Source of the DNA: Diplonema japonicum
Lineage: Eukaryota; Protista; Euglenozoa: Diplonemea
Assembly (NCBI GenBank): GCA_964019335.1
Contig: OZ025715.1
Coordinates: 310,001-374,000, forward strand
Reading direction: 5' to 3'
Length of the DNA: 64,000 nt
This document shows, piece after piece, positions 1-11,700 of this stretch (position 1 is the first letter of the stretch; every line of letters starts with the position of its first letter). The notes under the pieces were generated by a model. That model was not told the DNA's origin. It did not search any database and saw nothing but the letters and a program-made list of their open reading frames with translations. The position numbers and the translations under genes are program-made.

Positions 1-249
1 ACTACCCATGGCACGTTGAGCAGCTGGCTTGTGAGGGGCCCAACTTTGGTGCTGACACCCCCGGCCAGCTCACCCCCGAGAGGTGGAGGAGATAAACTCC
101 TTACACCGGGCCAGTACAAACCCCCGAAAGCAGCTTGGCGGCCTCTGCCTCGGTCAGAAGACGGCAGCAACAGGTTCAACAGAGCCCCCGGTTTCTTCCA
201 GACGGAAATACTGGACGTTGCTATTCCACCCAACCACACCCTGGCCGCC

Positions 250-1230
250 GCGACGCCGTGATAGCTGCGTATCGCCCAATACGGGATTTAGCATCCTTCG
301 GGGGCTGAAAGGTTTTTGCTTGAGTCGATAGGTAAACGGGCTTGGTGAGCCTATCCCAGCACAACAAATATGCACCTATGCAGAAGGGCTGCTGTGCGCC
401 AATCCAGCCCGAAAGACAGACCTGGTAGACTTTGGTGGGGCACTGTCCTTTTCCACTGGCTAGGCTGACAAAATTTTGCAGCAGGAAAGACAAAAGCCGC
501 AAGCCACCTCCGGAAAGCCCGGAAACGAGAAGGACAACGAGAAGGCACGCTGTTTCACCATGGAATTCAGGTCCATAATCGACACCCATAAAGTAAGGCC
601 GGAATTGGTCTGGAATACGGGGTTAAAAACCAAAACAAAAAAAAGGGGTGCTAAGGTCGTAAAAGTCCGTGGCTTGGGGGACAAAACGGGCTATAACCGA
701 ACAGCTGGCTGTTTCCTTGGCTGGATGGTTAAATACAAAGGCAAAACGGAAACGCAACCGGCAGGGATTATCCGTGCCCCGGTCAAGCACCCGCCCACCG
801 AATGGAGCCTAGCGGCATCGCCCAATCATTGGGCTAATTATGATACTCGGTATCTGGGTTACGGAGCTGTTTCTTCCTTTTTGCTATAAATCATCGATTC
901 CCATGGTTTTGCCGAACGGGCCGATTCTGCTGCTTGTCGGCGACCACAACTCTCATACGACCTATGCCTATGGGTTCGTAGAGTGGTTCGCAGGCGCAAA
1001 CGTGCACATTGCTTTTGTCCCCCTGGGCTCACCTACATGGTTCAACCGATGGATATTGGGTTGAACGCAGCTGTAAAGCATCTATTAAGAAAGGTAGTAG
1101 GCCACACGAAGGCTCGACAAGCTGATTGCCTCAGGGGCAGCAAGGGAGGACAAAGATGCAGAAAGGGAACCCTGGGGGTTTCTTCGCGCGGTTGCCGTTT
1201 GCAGCCCAGGCCAGTATATAGGTGGTAGTG
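250..1230 (+). pseudogene. Decayed pogo/Tigger-like (Tc1/mariner superfamily, DDE_1) transposase
   Basis: Frameshifted pieces read ...LSFSTG*ADKIL (CENP-B HTH-like), VRPELVWNTG (cf. IWNxDETG), PILLLVGDHNSH (cf. LLLxDxHxSH) and PPGLTYMVQPMDIGLNAAVK (cf. PPNxTxxLQPLD). A 3' piece recurs at about 2148-2187. Boundaries approximate. Confidence 0.8.
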
Positions 1231-1257
1231 GACCAGGCCCCCTGACGGCCTTACCTA

Positions 1258-1340
1258 AAAAAAATTCCCGGACGGAAAAATTCCCGGACGCCAAAAATAC
1301 TCGGACATTTTTCCGTCCGGGAGTTTTTCGTTTTACAGTA
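1258..1340. mobile_element. MITE/transposon end with CCGGACGGAAAAA sub-terminal repeats ending CGTTTTACAG|TA
   Basis: The same repeats and the same terminus recur at 40621-40745; the flanking TA fits a Tc1/mariner-type target site. Confidence 0.6.
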
Positions 1341-1414
1341 TGTCAAAAAACATATTATGTCCGCGCTGCTACGAGAATGGTGGGGTTAGAAGAAAAAGAA
1401 AATGAAAAAGTTAA

Positions 1415-1453
1415 GACCAATGATTCTAAAGCTACAGTTTCTGTACTTTATTG
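1415..1453 (+). other. Genomic copy of the 39-nt euglenozoan (diplonemid-type) spliced-leader exon
   Basis: GACCAATGATTCTAAAGCTACAGTTTCTGTACTTTATTG is 39 nt and ends in the conserved kinetoplastid/diplonemid SL 3' half CAGTTTCTGTACTTTATTG. Confidence 0.9.
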
Positions 1454-1714
1454 GTCGTTCGTGTTCTGCAGGTGCCTGCCACCACTGCCGCTGCGTCCGT
1501 CGTCGCCGGAGGAAATAATGAGGCCCTCAGTGAGTGAAAAAGAAAAAAGAGAAATCGATACCATAGCGAAGTGGGTGAAGACCTGTGAAGAGCCGCACCA
1601 GGTGAGAAGGCCTGGTCTGAGATGGTAGAGAAGTAGGAGTGTACTGAGGGAGGAGGTCAGCCCGTCTTTGGACCTATTTTAGCATAATAAAAGCAGTCCA
1701 TGTCACGAAATTCA

Positions 1715-1925
1715 TGTGGAGTCGACACATGCCCTCACAGAAGAGCCTTTTATGCACATCTTACTTGAGCAGACGCCAGACAATCCTTGAAGCACTAATG
1801 TGATCTAAACTAGCTTGCCAGAACAGTGCATCTCCTTTAAAATGGAATAGAATAGCGGAAGTATGTGGACGTTCCAAGGTAGCTGATCCGACGTTATTGG
1901 GATTTTATCTATTGTTTACAACAAA

Positions 1926-1958
<33 letters not shown>

Positions 1959-2050
1959 AGCAACATTTAGAGGGAACAACACTACTCACAAATGAAAACT
2001 AGTCTTTAATGAGTACAGCCATGTAAAAATCGTGTTAAGGAAGCAATCAG
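1715..2050. repeat. Dispersed degenerate repeat, second copy at about 4110-4370
   Basis: Shared blocks gacacatgccctcacagaa, aaaatggaatagaatagc, tatgtggacgttccaa, acgttattgggattttatctatt and acaaatgaaaactagtcttt. Confidence 0.75.
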
Positions 2051-2392
2051 GCTTTTGTACCTTTCACAAAGAGATTCTCGGGGCGTTCACCAAGTCAGTA
2101 TTTTTTTTTAATAATGAATAGTCACTGCATTACAGTTATAAAAAGTGGGCCACACGAAGGCTCGACAAGCTGATTGCCTCAGGGGCGGCGGCTGAATCAT
2201 GGGAGGTGCCCTCTACTAGCTCGATTAAAGGGCCTCACTTGAGGTATACCACGAGGCTTTTTCTTTTCCTGTTTTTTTCCTAGGTGGGTCGAAACAGCCT
2301 GGGATGCTGTCTCCGGCCAGTCGATCAGGAACAGCTGGGCTTCCTGTTTTGGTTATTACCTGGATGGAGCCCTATTTGGGAGTTTGCATATA

Positions 2393-2740
2393 GAGGGGTG
2401 ATTTTCCGCATTTTGAGGGGTGGTTTTCCGCATTTTGAGGGGTGATTTTCCGCATATAGAGGGGTGATTTTCCGCATTTTGAGGGGTGATTTTCCGCATT
2501 TTGAGGGGTGATTTTCCGCATTTTGAGGGGTGATTTTCCGCATTTTGAGGGGTGATTTTCCGCATTTTGAGGGGTGATTTTCCGCATTTTGAGGGGTGAT
2601 TTTCCGCATTTTGAGGGGTGATTTTCCGCATTTTGAGGGGTGATTTTCCGCATTTTGAGGGGTGATTTTCCGCATTTTGAGGGGTGATTTTCCGCATTTT
2701 GAGGGGTGATTTTCCGCATTTTGAGGGGTGATTTTCCGCA
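2393..2740. repeat. 22-bp minisatellite (GAGGGGTGATTTTCCGCATTTT) x about 16
   Basis: Near-perfect tandem units; the minus-strand ORFs here are translations of the repeat. Confidence 0.95.
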
Positions 2741-2952
2741 TATATAGGGCTGATCTTAGGGGTACAGGGCTCGGGGAAGCCTCCGCAGGGCCGGCAGGGC
2801 CACGCCCACCCACGGGGCTCAGGGAAGCCTCTGCAGGGTCGGCAGGGCGTGGTCATCTTCCGCATATATAGGGGTGATCTTAGGGGTTTTTCTGGGGTGT
2901 ACAGAGCCGAGAGCCCAGGAAATTCATTTTTTTTATTTTTATTTTTTTTCCG

Positions 2953-3207
2953 GACACCGGTTCATCAGGCATCATGGTACGGCCGCTTCGAGACAGTTGT
3001 CATCTTGTTGAAACTTGCGGTAGCGACGCAGGTGTCATCTAGCATCACAGGGCGCCCACGTCGAAACTCTCGGTCAAGACTGCGGTGTCAAAAGCAACGA
3101 CGGTTGGCCACCGGTTTATCGAGCATCACGGTACGGCCGCTTCAAGACAGTTAGATATCTTATTGAAAGGAGAGGTGCGGCATCACGCACTCTTTCCGTT
3201 TCATACA

Positions 3208-3253
<46 letters not shown>

Positions 3254-3352
3254 TGTTGAAACTCTTGGTTAAGACGCAGGTGTCAAAAGCAACGACGGTT
3301 GGACACCGGTTCATCTAGCAGCACAGGGCGGCCAGCTGGAGACAGTTACCTA
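2953..3352 (+). pseudogene. Decayed ankyrin-repeat array
   Basis: TPVHQASWYGRFETV, ASRYGRFKTVRYLIE and DAGVKSNDGWTPVHLAAQGGQLETVTY match the ankyrin consensus; stops and deletions present. Confidence 0.8.
3169..3251 (+). mobile_element. Short poly(A)-tailed retro-insertion (family A) in an ankyrin repeat
   Basis: GGAGAGGTGCGGCATCACGCACTCTTTCCGTTTCATACAC(A)n flanked by CTTATTGAAA (3159-3168) and CTTGTTGAAA (3252-3261). Confidence 0.85.
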
Positions 3353-4064
3353 TTCTTCCCCCAAAGAAAAAAAAAAATAGAAAGAAGAGACCATACCTCC
3401 CCCCGGGTTTAATTTATCATAGTGGGCTTGATATCATCTTTGTAAAAATTTTATGTTGAGGTTTTCTCGTATCAGCGGGCTTTGATTTTTACTTTTTATA
3501 TCAGTGGGGTGTCCCCTTCCCCTTCATTGTGTGTTTCTTTTCTGTTGGAAAAAGAACAAAACCACACCCATCGATCGACACAATCCCAACTTTCTTCTTT
3601 ATTTTGCCTCGCTTTACTTTTAGCTCAAGCTTCTTTACCACCTACTTAAAAAGGTAAACATGTCGCCCACTGTGAGAGGTACAGATCATCCCCAAAGCAA
3701 CAGTTTTAACTCATCCCGAACCCCCAACTCACTTCCTCTCAAAAATGCACGCCCCTAAAAAATCCCAATACACTCCCGCACCCACCAAAACTGCAACAAC
3801 TTCATTTACCGCATCTAGGTGATGGATGGAAGGGTCGAAGGAAAGAACAGGAGCTGCAGAAAGCTGATTGAAGTCGTGAAGCGCGCTATATTTTATATCG
3901 ATTGAAAGAAAAAGAACGCTTACGTATAAGCAGCGGTCGAAGTGATGTTAAAATCACAACAATAACACAGGCCGACACGAAAGCACGAACGTCTCAACAC
4001 ACTTCCGTTGGCTCCACACAGCCCAGCTGGGTGGGGTCGGTCTGGCTAGACCAAGAGGAGGTGG

Positions 4065-4098
<34 letters not shown>

Positions 4099-4599
4099 GT
4101 TCGTGTGCAAGTGGGGTTGACACATGCCCTCACAGAAAGAGCCCTTTATATATACAATCTTTGTTAATGTGATCCAAACTAGCTTACCAGAAAAGTGCAT
4201 TTCCTCTAAAATGGAATAGAATAGCAGGAAATATGTGGACGTTCCAAAGGGTAGCTGATCCCACGTTATTGGGATTTTATCTATTTTTTTACAAATGAAA
4301 ACTAGTCTTTTGATACAATGGTGGGCAGATGAGTACAACCTATCAATAACCGTGTTTAAAGGAAGCAATAATGCCAAAGATATTTTATAATTAATACTCG
4401 TGAACTCGACCAAAGACCTTATACGGAATTAAGGGGCACTAGTAACCAAAGGATGTTACAGAAGAAGTGTGTGGTTTTGCAGGAGAAAAGATCTTCAACT
4501 GGTCATACATCAGTGAGTACGCGAAGGGTGGTCAATCCATCTTTCGATAGGTCTTGAGGTGTTGCATTTTATCATGCCAAATCCTCGATTTTTTTTTTT

Positions 4600-5870
4600 T
4601 AGAAAGGAGCACGGTACGAGGACTCGAGGCTGGGGCTGACCCTGAAACGAATAGGCTGTGGAAGGAGGAGAGGGATCCGGTGGTAGCCTACCGTTCAGGA
4701 GGATCATAGCAGGAGCAGTCCCCTACATAAGCCCACACGCCAGTGCGGGACCGAAAACCGTACCGCTCGACCCGGCAAGTGAGGAAGAAGAACCGGACAA
4801 TGATGACTTGAAAAGAGAGGACGGGAGACCACCCGGAGAGACAATGCTTCCTCAGAATTATAGATGCGACATATGCACGGCAGTACACCAGAACACAGTG
4901 ACGCTGCTACGGCACCAGCTGTACGAATGCCCACTTGCGCAGGAAGAGCTAGCGAGGGACGGGTTGGAACCGCTACGCGACAGGTCAGGCTGGCCTCTCT
5001 GCCTGGAACTGCACGGGATCTTGCCGAGGGGGCACGGATTTGCACACCTGGAGAGGTTGCAGAGGTACCTGGCGATGATAGTAGCAAAACGTGATGAGGA
5101 ACTGATACAAGTGGAGGATTTTGGAGGAGAACTGCCGTGGGAACGGAAAGTGGTGGGAGTAAAGCACTTGACGCCAACGTTGGAGGGCGACGAGTGGGAT
5201 ACTGCGGATGTACGCGGAGTCGCTGTTGAAATGGATGTCGGAGCTAAGATGGGTTAAAGAAGACACGACGTCGGAGGTGACGCGGTGGAGTTAGCCCTAG
5301 ACTTCGAAGCGACGACACGAAGATCGCTGGGAGTGACGCAGGAGGAAAAGGCGCGAAGGATCAAGAAACTGATCCAAAAGGTGAACGACAGGTGCGCATT
5401 ACAAGGAAAGAAAAAGCCTTTCCCGGCGAAGAACAAAACGAGAGTGAAGTCCCTCATGGCAATAGGAGGGAAGGCGGCGATAGGCTTTGCAAGGAGACCG
5501 ATCTTCCCTCACGAGAAACCCAGGACAGGCTAAAAGAGCTGAAAACCAACCTGAAGAAGGACCGCATCAACCGTCTGCGAAAGACACCGGTATCCGCCAT
5601 CGGAACGAAAGCGAGGCTCCAAAAGGAAAGCATCAAGAGATAGACCCCCACCCCCCCTAAGGCTATGCTGGCATGGAAACGCGTTTCCATGCATTTTTTG
5701 AAAAAAAGGGAAACGGAAACGGAAACGTTTCCTTATGTTTCCTTAAGAAGGAAGCCGTTTCATAAGAATTTTGAAAAGTATGGAAACGGAAACGGGAACG
5801 GAAACGGAAACGTTTCCACGTTTCCTGCCAGCATAGCCCTAAGGGTGGTCCTCGAGTGGGATTTGCCCTT
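4600..5870 (+). mobile_element. 5'-truncated non-LTR retrotransposon (C-terminal zinc-knuckle region plus 3' UTR), decayed
   Basis: RCDIC...LLRHQLYEC...SGWPLCLELH and ELALDFEA are collinear with the RT-bearing copy at 62187-64000; the 3' end gatagaccc...ggtggtcct...gatttgccctt recurs at about 22407-22455. Confidence 0.85.
5661..5839. mobile_element. PIF/Harbinger-like (Tourist-type) MITE nested in the LINE 3' end
   Basis: TIR GGCTATGCTGGCA / TGCCAGCATAGCC, TAA on both flanks, internal GGAAAC repeats. Confidence 0.8.
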
Positions 5871-6405
5871 AAACATCGCCTTTTTTTTTCAAGCCATCAT
5901 CTCTTAGGGCACCGATAGGATCGCCGGAGTACACACAAGCCTTTCCGAACAAACGCTTGGTGGCGCTGTAAAACTTCGACATGCTTACTTACACTCTTCT
6001 TCGGTACAGCAGCTCATAACTGGTATTCTAGTTGAGGGTGGTCTCAGACTCGCATGTGGGGTACAGGTTCGTGTGCGGCATGCAGTTCGAGAACGGGTCG
6101 AAAGAAATGGCAGCAGACGAAATTCCCTATTTTTTCTGATAAGGGGGATTTTCAGCCTCCCATTTTGTGCCAAGATTTTTTTTTTTTCTTATAGGGGGAA
6201 ATCCAACATGCCAAATAGTGCCAAGATTTCTCATCATATCAGCCACCACCAGGTCGCTCACCGTGTACAACGTCCCCTCCCCGTCTTCAAAGATCTGCAC
6301 GCGGCTGATGTAGTCTGAGTCTAGTGCCCCGGGCGTTCTTTCTTGTTTATTCGGCATCAAGCTAAAAAATGTTAAAATATTTCTTTTTTATTTTTTCAAC
6401 CGTGT

Positions 6406-6440
<35 letters not shown>

Positions 6441-6458
6441 GGGAAAAAAAAAAAGAAA

Positions 6459-7775
6459 ATGTATAAAACAGCCATAGTAATCGCAACAAGCCTAGCAATT
6501 GCACAGGGCGTGAGCCCGAGATGCCAAGACATCCTAGACAAGTGGTGCAGCAACAACGTCGACTGTCTGAACACAATGGTGCCTCCTGTCGCACAGCTCT
6601 ACGCAAGGAACAGCACAGGGTACGAGGACAGCAGCTACTCATGGAGGTGTTATGCAAATTCTTCACTGTCACCAGACAAGTCTCACTACACAGGCGGCCA
6701 TGACTACTGTTCGAGAAGTGAAGAGCTCGCATCGCAACTTAAAGCATGCCAAGCCACCAACACAACCTTCGTTGAAGTCTTCACCCCTTATGAAGGCGGC
6801 TACCCTTGCATACGTATCCCCGCCATCGTGTCCATCCCCACTATGAATAACAGGTTACTAGCGTTTGCAGAATGCAGGAACTGGACAGGCGACGGGTGCG
6901 AACCAACAACACCGAACACCCACCCGCCTACCGTTAAAAACAACAACAGGGATCTATGCACGAAGCACTCCGATGACAACGGTGCCACGTGGTCCAACCT
7001 GGTAGTGATAGCAAGGGGTGCAATGGAACCAACTCCGGTTTGGTCTGAAAAAAGACAGGTTGTTGTTCTACAGTACAACGATTTATCCTCCGCGGTGTAC
7101 CAGATGAAATCGACGGACGGTGTGGAATGGACGAAAAATATCAGCATCAATGTACCCCGTGCAGCGGTGGGCCCTGGACCGGGACTGGAACTCAACGACG
7201 GCAGGCTTATGTTCATCGGCCACGTTGGGAACTACGCTTACGACAATGTGTGGTACTCCACAGATGCCGCAGGGGAGGTGTACAACCTGACGGAGAACTG
7301 CCCTGTGTCTTTGCAAGGGCAGAACGAAGCATCGATGACACAGCTTCCCTCAGGTGTCATTGTTGCCAACATGAGAAATAGACACGATACGGCCTGCGAC
7401 TGCCGTGGTGTTGCGTACTCCTACGATAATGGGGTTACCTTCACAAAACGTACATTCGACCCTGTTCTCGTCGACCCTGTGAACCAGGGGTCCATCATCA
7501 CCCTTCCTGACGGAACGGTCGTCTTCGCAAATGCAGCCAGCACGTCTTCCCGTACAAATGGTGTCGCGCGGGTCGGGACAGAGGAGTTCGGAAACGGTAC
7601 TATTTCTTGGAACTCTGGTGTTCTTGTCTGGCCCGGTGGTTACGGTTACTCTTGTCTTACAAAGACGAACCCTCTATCGAGTGCAGAGGTTGGGCTTCTT
7701 TGGGAGTCTGATGGTCCTCAGTGTACTGGGTCTGGTGTGTCCTGTCGAACTGTGTATTCTGCGATAAGTATTTGA
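6459..7775 (+). CDS. Secreted sialidase/neuraminidase (GH33-like BNR beta-propeller) with a Cys-rich N-terminal domain
   Basis: Signal-peptide-like MYKTAIVIATSLAIAQG; RIP motif (CIRIPAI); Asp boxes SDDNGATWS and SYDNGVTFT; candidate catalytic NEAS, MR, SR and GYS residues. Confidence 0.9.
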   Translation: MYKTAIVIATSLAIAQGVSPRCQDILDKWCSNNVDCLNTMVPPVAQLYARNSTGYEDSSYSWRCYANSSLSPDKSHYTGGHDYCSRSEELASQLKACQATNTTFVEVFTPYEGGYPCIRIPAIVSIPTMNNRLLAFAECRNWTGDGCEPTTPNTHPPTVKNNNRDLCTKHSDDNGATWSNLVVIARGAMEPTPVWSEKRQVVVLQYNDLSSAVYQMKSTDGVEWTKNISINVPRAAVGPGPGLELNDGRLMFIGHVGNYAYDNVWYSTDAAGEVYNLTENCPVSLQGQNEASMTQLPSGVIVANMRNRHDTACDCRGVAYSYDNGVTFTKRTFDPVLVDPVNQGSIITLPDGTVVFANAASTSSRTNGVARVGTEEFGNGTISWNSGVLVWPGGYGYSCLTKTNPLSSAEVGLLWESDGPQCTGSGVSCRTVYSAISI

Positions 7776-8276
7776 AAAAAAAAAAAAAAAAAAATGAGGG
7801 GGAAAAAAAAAATTGTGGGGAAAGGTCTTCGTGAAGTGGGCTTGCTATCCCCCAATGATTTCTCTCTCAGGGGTTTTTGGTTTTTTTTTTTTTTTTTTTT
7901 TACAGCTGATAAAAAAAATAAAATAAAAATATGAATAAAAAAAGAAAATATGTAGTCCTTATTCTTGTCTTGTCTTTGTTTGTTTTTTTGTGGTGTGCTT
8001 TTTTTTTAAATCTTTTTTTGCTTTTTTTCTTTTTGACCCCTTCTTATTGTTTCTCTTGGGTTTTCCTTTAGTGCATTATGCGAAAGGAAATGAAGGAGAG
8101 AGGGGGAAAAAAAAAAGAAGTTAAAAAAAAAGAGAAAAAAAAAAAAGAAAACCTCGTCCGCCTCCCTCTCATTTTTTCCTGTCTTCCGCTCTCTTTTCTT
8201 TTTCTTCTTACAACGTGGGGCTTTTCACTGCGCTCGCCCTCCTATTGCGTTTTTTTTTTTTTTTTTTTTTTTTTTT

Positions 8277-8560
8277 AGGGTGGTAACATGGAAATATAAG
8301 AAGTACATCAGATGTGTTGTTCGCTGTTGACCTCCTCGTCGGTCATCACCGGTAGCGCCCGAGTGGAAGAACGTAACGCAGATGCGATGGGTGACGAACG
8401 GCAGCAAACTGCACGAGCGCAGAATCTTGGTTACCCGGGACGCTCCGGCTGGGGTTGAGCACACCGCACGCATTAAGGACACGATGCGGAACGCAGAAGA
8501 AGCTACTGCTCGGCCGAGGAGCGCCCCTGTAATCAAGTAGGTAGTTCGTGCTTCATTGCA
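8277..8560 (+). mobile_element. Fragment of a dispersed repeat family (probable retroelement 3' end)
   Basis: ggcagcaaactgca...cattaaggacacga...cggaacgcagaagaagctac...cccctgtaatcaagtag recurs at about 36575-36760 (+) and 38460-38690 (-). Confidence 0.75.
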
Positions 8561-8796
8561 CGCTTAACGCCACCTAGTGTTGCAATCAAAGCCCCATTTT
8601 CTTTTCTTTTTTTTTTTTTTTTTTTTTTTGCGGGTCTCGAAGGCGGCCCTCCATGAGGGGGTTTGTCCTGCACTTTGAGTTTTTTTTTTTTTTTATATCT
8701 TTACGTGGTGAAATTTTCTTTATTCTCCTGATTTTGTTTTCCCCCTTTGTACACCCCTCGAAAGTGGAAGGGGGAAGAAGAAGAAGAAAAAAAAAA

Positions 8797-11700
8797 ATGG
8801 AAGGAGAAGATGACGATGTGGATGAAGTACTGGAAGCGATAGAAAAAATATTAGCAGCAGACGGCGAAGAGGGCTACGACAAGGAAGTACTGCGGGATGC
8901 AGCTAGGTGTCTGGAGCAGATATTCGGGGTGAGAGAAAACCTGATGAAAACAGTTGATATGGGTCGGAATCTAGCAAAAGAAGTCTCTGCTCTGAAGGAC
9001 GAGTGCAAGGAGAAAACCCGCGAGAACACGCTCCTCAAAATGCAAATCGACAAAGGCATAGTGCAAGACACTGAAGGCCCTGAAATGGTACGTGCGTCAG
9101 AACTACGAGAAGCCGAACGAGCCTACGCCGCACTCAACCAGAGAGTCACCGAGCTCCAACGAACCCGAAAGAACATGGAGTACCAGCTCGACGAGTCCCT
9201 AAGAGAAAAAGAACAAGCTACCTCCGAAGTAGAATCACTACAGCAACAATACAAATCTATTTTCGACGCAAAAACCCATCTCCAGGCGCAGTTTGAAGAC
9301 CTTCAAAAGACCGCCACCCACTATCAAGACACGAAACGGCAGTTGGAGATCAGTGAAGAACGCCTTTCAGATGCCACAGAGGAGCTCCAACACGCCACAG
9401 AGACCAACGAACGCATCTCAAAAGAACTCTCTGTTCTTCGGGACGACCGGGACCTCCTGTCTGCTGGTATTGAAAAAGCACAAAAGAAATCGCAGCAAGA
9501 CCAGGACCGTGTTGCCCAAGAAACCGAGAAGCGAAAGGACGAGGAGTACCTGCTGGTATCAGGTGAGTTCAAAGCGTGCATTGCGGACCTCAAGGAGCAG
9601 ATCGAGGCCAAAGACGACGAGATTGAACAAGCCCGTGTCGACGCAAAACGGAAGATACAAAAAGCAGAAAAAGCAGCAGCCGCAGATGCAGAAGACGAGC
9701 TCGATGATATGCAGCAACAGCTGACGTCGGAAGGCAACTTGCGTGCAAAGGCGGAGTCCAACCTCACCCACTCCCAGATCCTTCTCTTCATCTCTCAGGA
9801 ATCCCACGCAAGGTGTTCCCACGAGACGCTCCACGCTCAGGAGTCAAATGCCGCTCTCGTCTCCTACTTCACCACGTCCCTCCGCCACATAGGGTCTGAA
9901 CTCGAGGCCAGCCGCGAGCTTGCCTCCCTCCGCGACTCCACCACCCAAGACCTGCGCAATGTTCTGGCAACAAAAGCCACCGAACTCCAAGAGATGCAGG
10001 ACGCGAACGAAGGCGAACTCGACGAGCTGAAAAGGCAGAACGCCGACCTCACTGAGATGCTAGAGTTCAAGCTTGCCGACCACCAGGAGTTCGTGAAGAA
10101 GGCAGAAGCCGAGGCAGCAGCCCGTACCAGTGATATGTCTGAGCTGGACAGCAGTCTCGTTGCGAGCACCGCTGAGTGCGAGGAGCTGAAGAAGCAGCTG
10201 ACAGATTTGCGAGAAGAGCACGATGCGCAGAATGCAGAGACCTCGAAGATTTCCGAGGAATTGACCGCTCTCGAAGCCGAGCATGCCAGACTGAAGGAGA
10301 TGTGCGAGAACGAGCGTCAGGAAGGAACCCGTGCTTCAGCCGATCTCGAAGCTTCCACGCAACAGTTCGTGATGCTTGAAGTGAAGTACAAGGGGCTTGA
10401 GGAGGAACGTGACACGTTGCAGAGCACAGTGCGAGCCAACGGGGAGGAGCTCGATAAGGTGCGCAGCCAGTTAGACGCAGCACAGGCCGAATTCGGTACT
10501 TATAAAGAAGCAACAACCGCTTCTGCCGACGAGCAGACAAGCGCAATGACAGATTTGAAAGCAGAGATCACCGCTCTGCATGAGAAGGCGGACCAACTTA
10601 CGACGGGAAGCGACGCTAAGACTGCTGAGTTGGAGAGTGTCAATGGGGAACTGGCTGCCGTTCAGAAAGAGTACAGCGCCCACAAAGAAGAATCAGCCAA
10701 GGACAAGGAGGAAGCTGCCACGGCTGCCGAGGCGCTGCATGTCGAGATCGCAGCGGCGCAGGAGAGCCTGAAGGCCTTGGAAACGGAACACTCTCAACTG
10801 AAGGAAAAATACAACGCTGAAGGTGAGGCTGCAGCATGCACCTCGAACGACCTAGAGGGCGCCACGCATAAGCTGGTCCTACTCGAAGTGAAGCACAGGG
10901 AGCTAGAGGAGGAACGAGATGCCTTGCAAGCCGCAGTGCGTGCTAAAGAGGAGGAAATCGGCAGCCTGACTGAGAAGCTAGACTCTAAGACCACTGAACA
11001 CGAGCAGTTCGTGAAAAAGACTGAAGTTGAGGCGGAAGCTCGCGGTAGCGATGTCTCTGAGCTGGAGAGCAAGCTCGTCGCAAGTAGCTCTGAATGCGAG
11101 GAGCTGAAGAAACAGCTGACAGAACTACAGGAGAAATACGATGCTTACGAAGCAGAAGCTGGAAAGCAGCATGAAGAACTAGCTGCAAAACTCGCAACGT
11201 CAACAGAAAGCCTCACAGTACTGGAAGCAGGCCACTCTGATCTGAAAGAGGAGTACGAGAAGAAGCAAGCCAGTCTCGAGGAGGAAAAGAGCGCCTTGGA
11301 GAGCTCACTTCAAGAAAAAGAGGAACAAATCAACAAGCTGAATGAAGATCTGCAGGCCAAGACGGACGAAGTTGAAGAGCTGACGAGGAACATGGATGCG
11401 CAAGCGGCGGCACGTAACGGCGATGTCTCTGAGCTGGAGAGCAAGCTCGTCGCAAGTAGCTCTGAATGCGAGGAGCTGAAGAAACAGCTGACAGAGCTAC
11501 AGGAGAAATACGATGCTTACGAAGCAGAAGCTGGAAAGCAGCATGAAGAACTAGCTGCAAAACTCGCAACGTCAACAGAGAGCCTCACAGTACTGGAAGC
11601 AGGCCACTCTGATCTGAAAGAGGAGTACGAGAAGAAGCAAGCCAGTCTCGAGGAGGAAAAGAGCGCCTTGGAGAGCTCACTTCAAGAAAAAGAGGAACAA

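Noticed and set aside
2325-2865. Minus-strand ORFs with MRKITPQNAENHPSKCGKSPLK repeats; possible CRISPR or telomeric array
   Set aside because: They are translations of a 22-bp minisatellite; there are no spacers and no TTAGGG units.
4380-4580. Ski2/Mer3 helicase-like GVAFYHA peptide in the decayed repeat
   Set aside because: One short motif amid stops; not enough for a call.
5890-6360. Possible minus-strand gene fragment
   Set aside because: Interrupted, with no recognisable motif.
6369-6458. Poly-K/poly-F N-terminal extensions in many ORF-track entries
   Set aside because: These come from intergenic homopolymers read from non-ATG starts; the real starts are the downstream ATGs.
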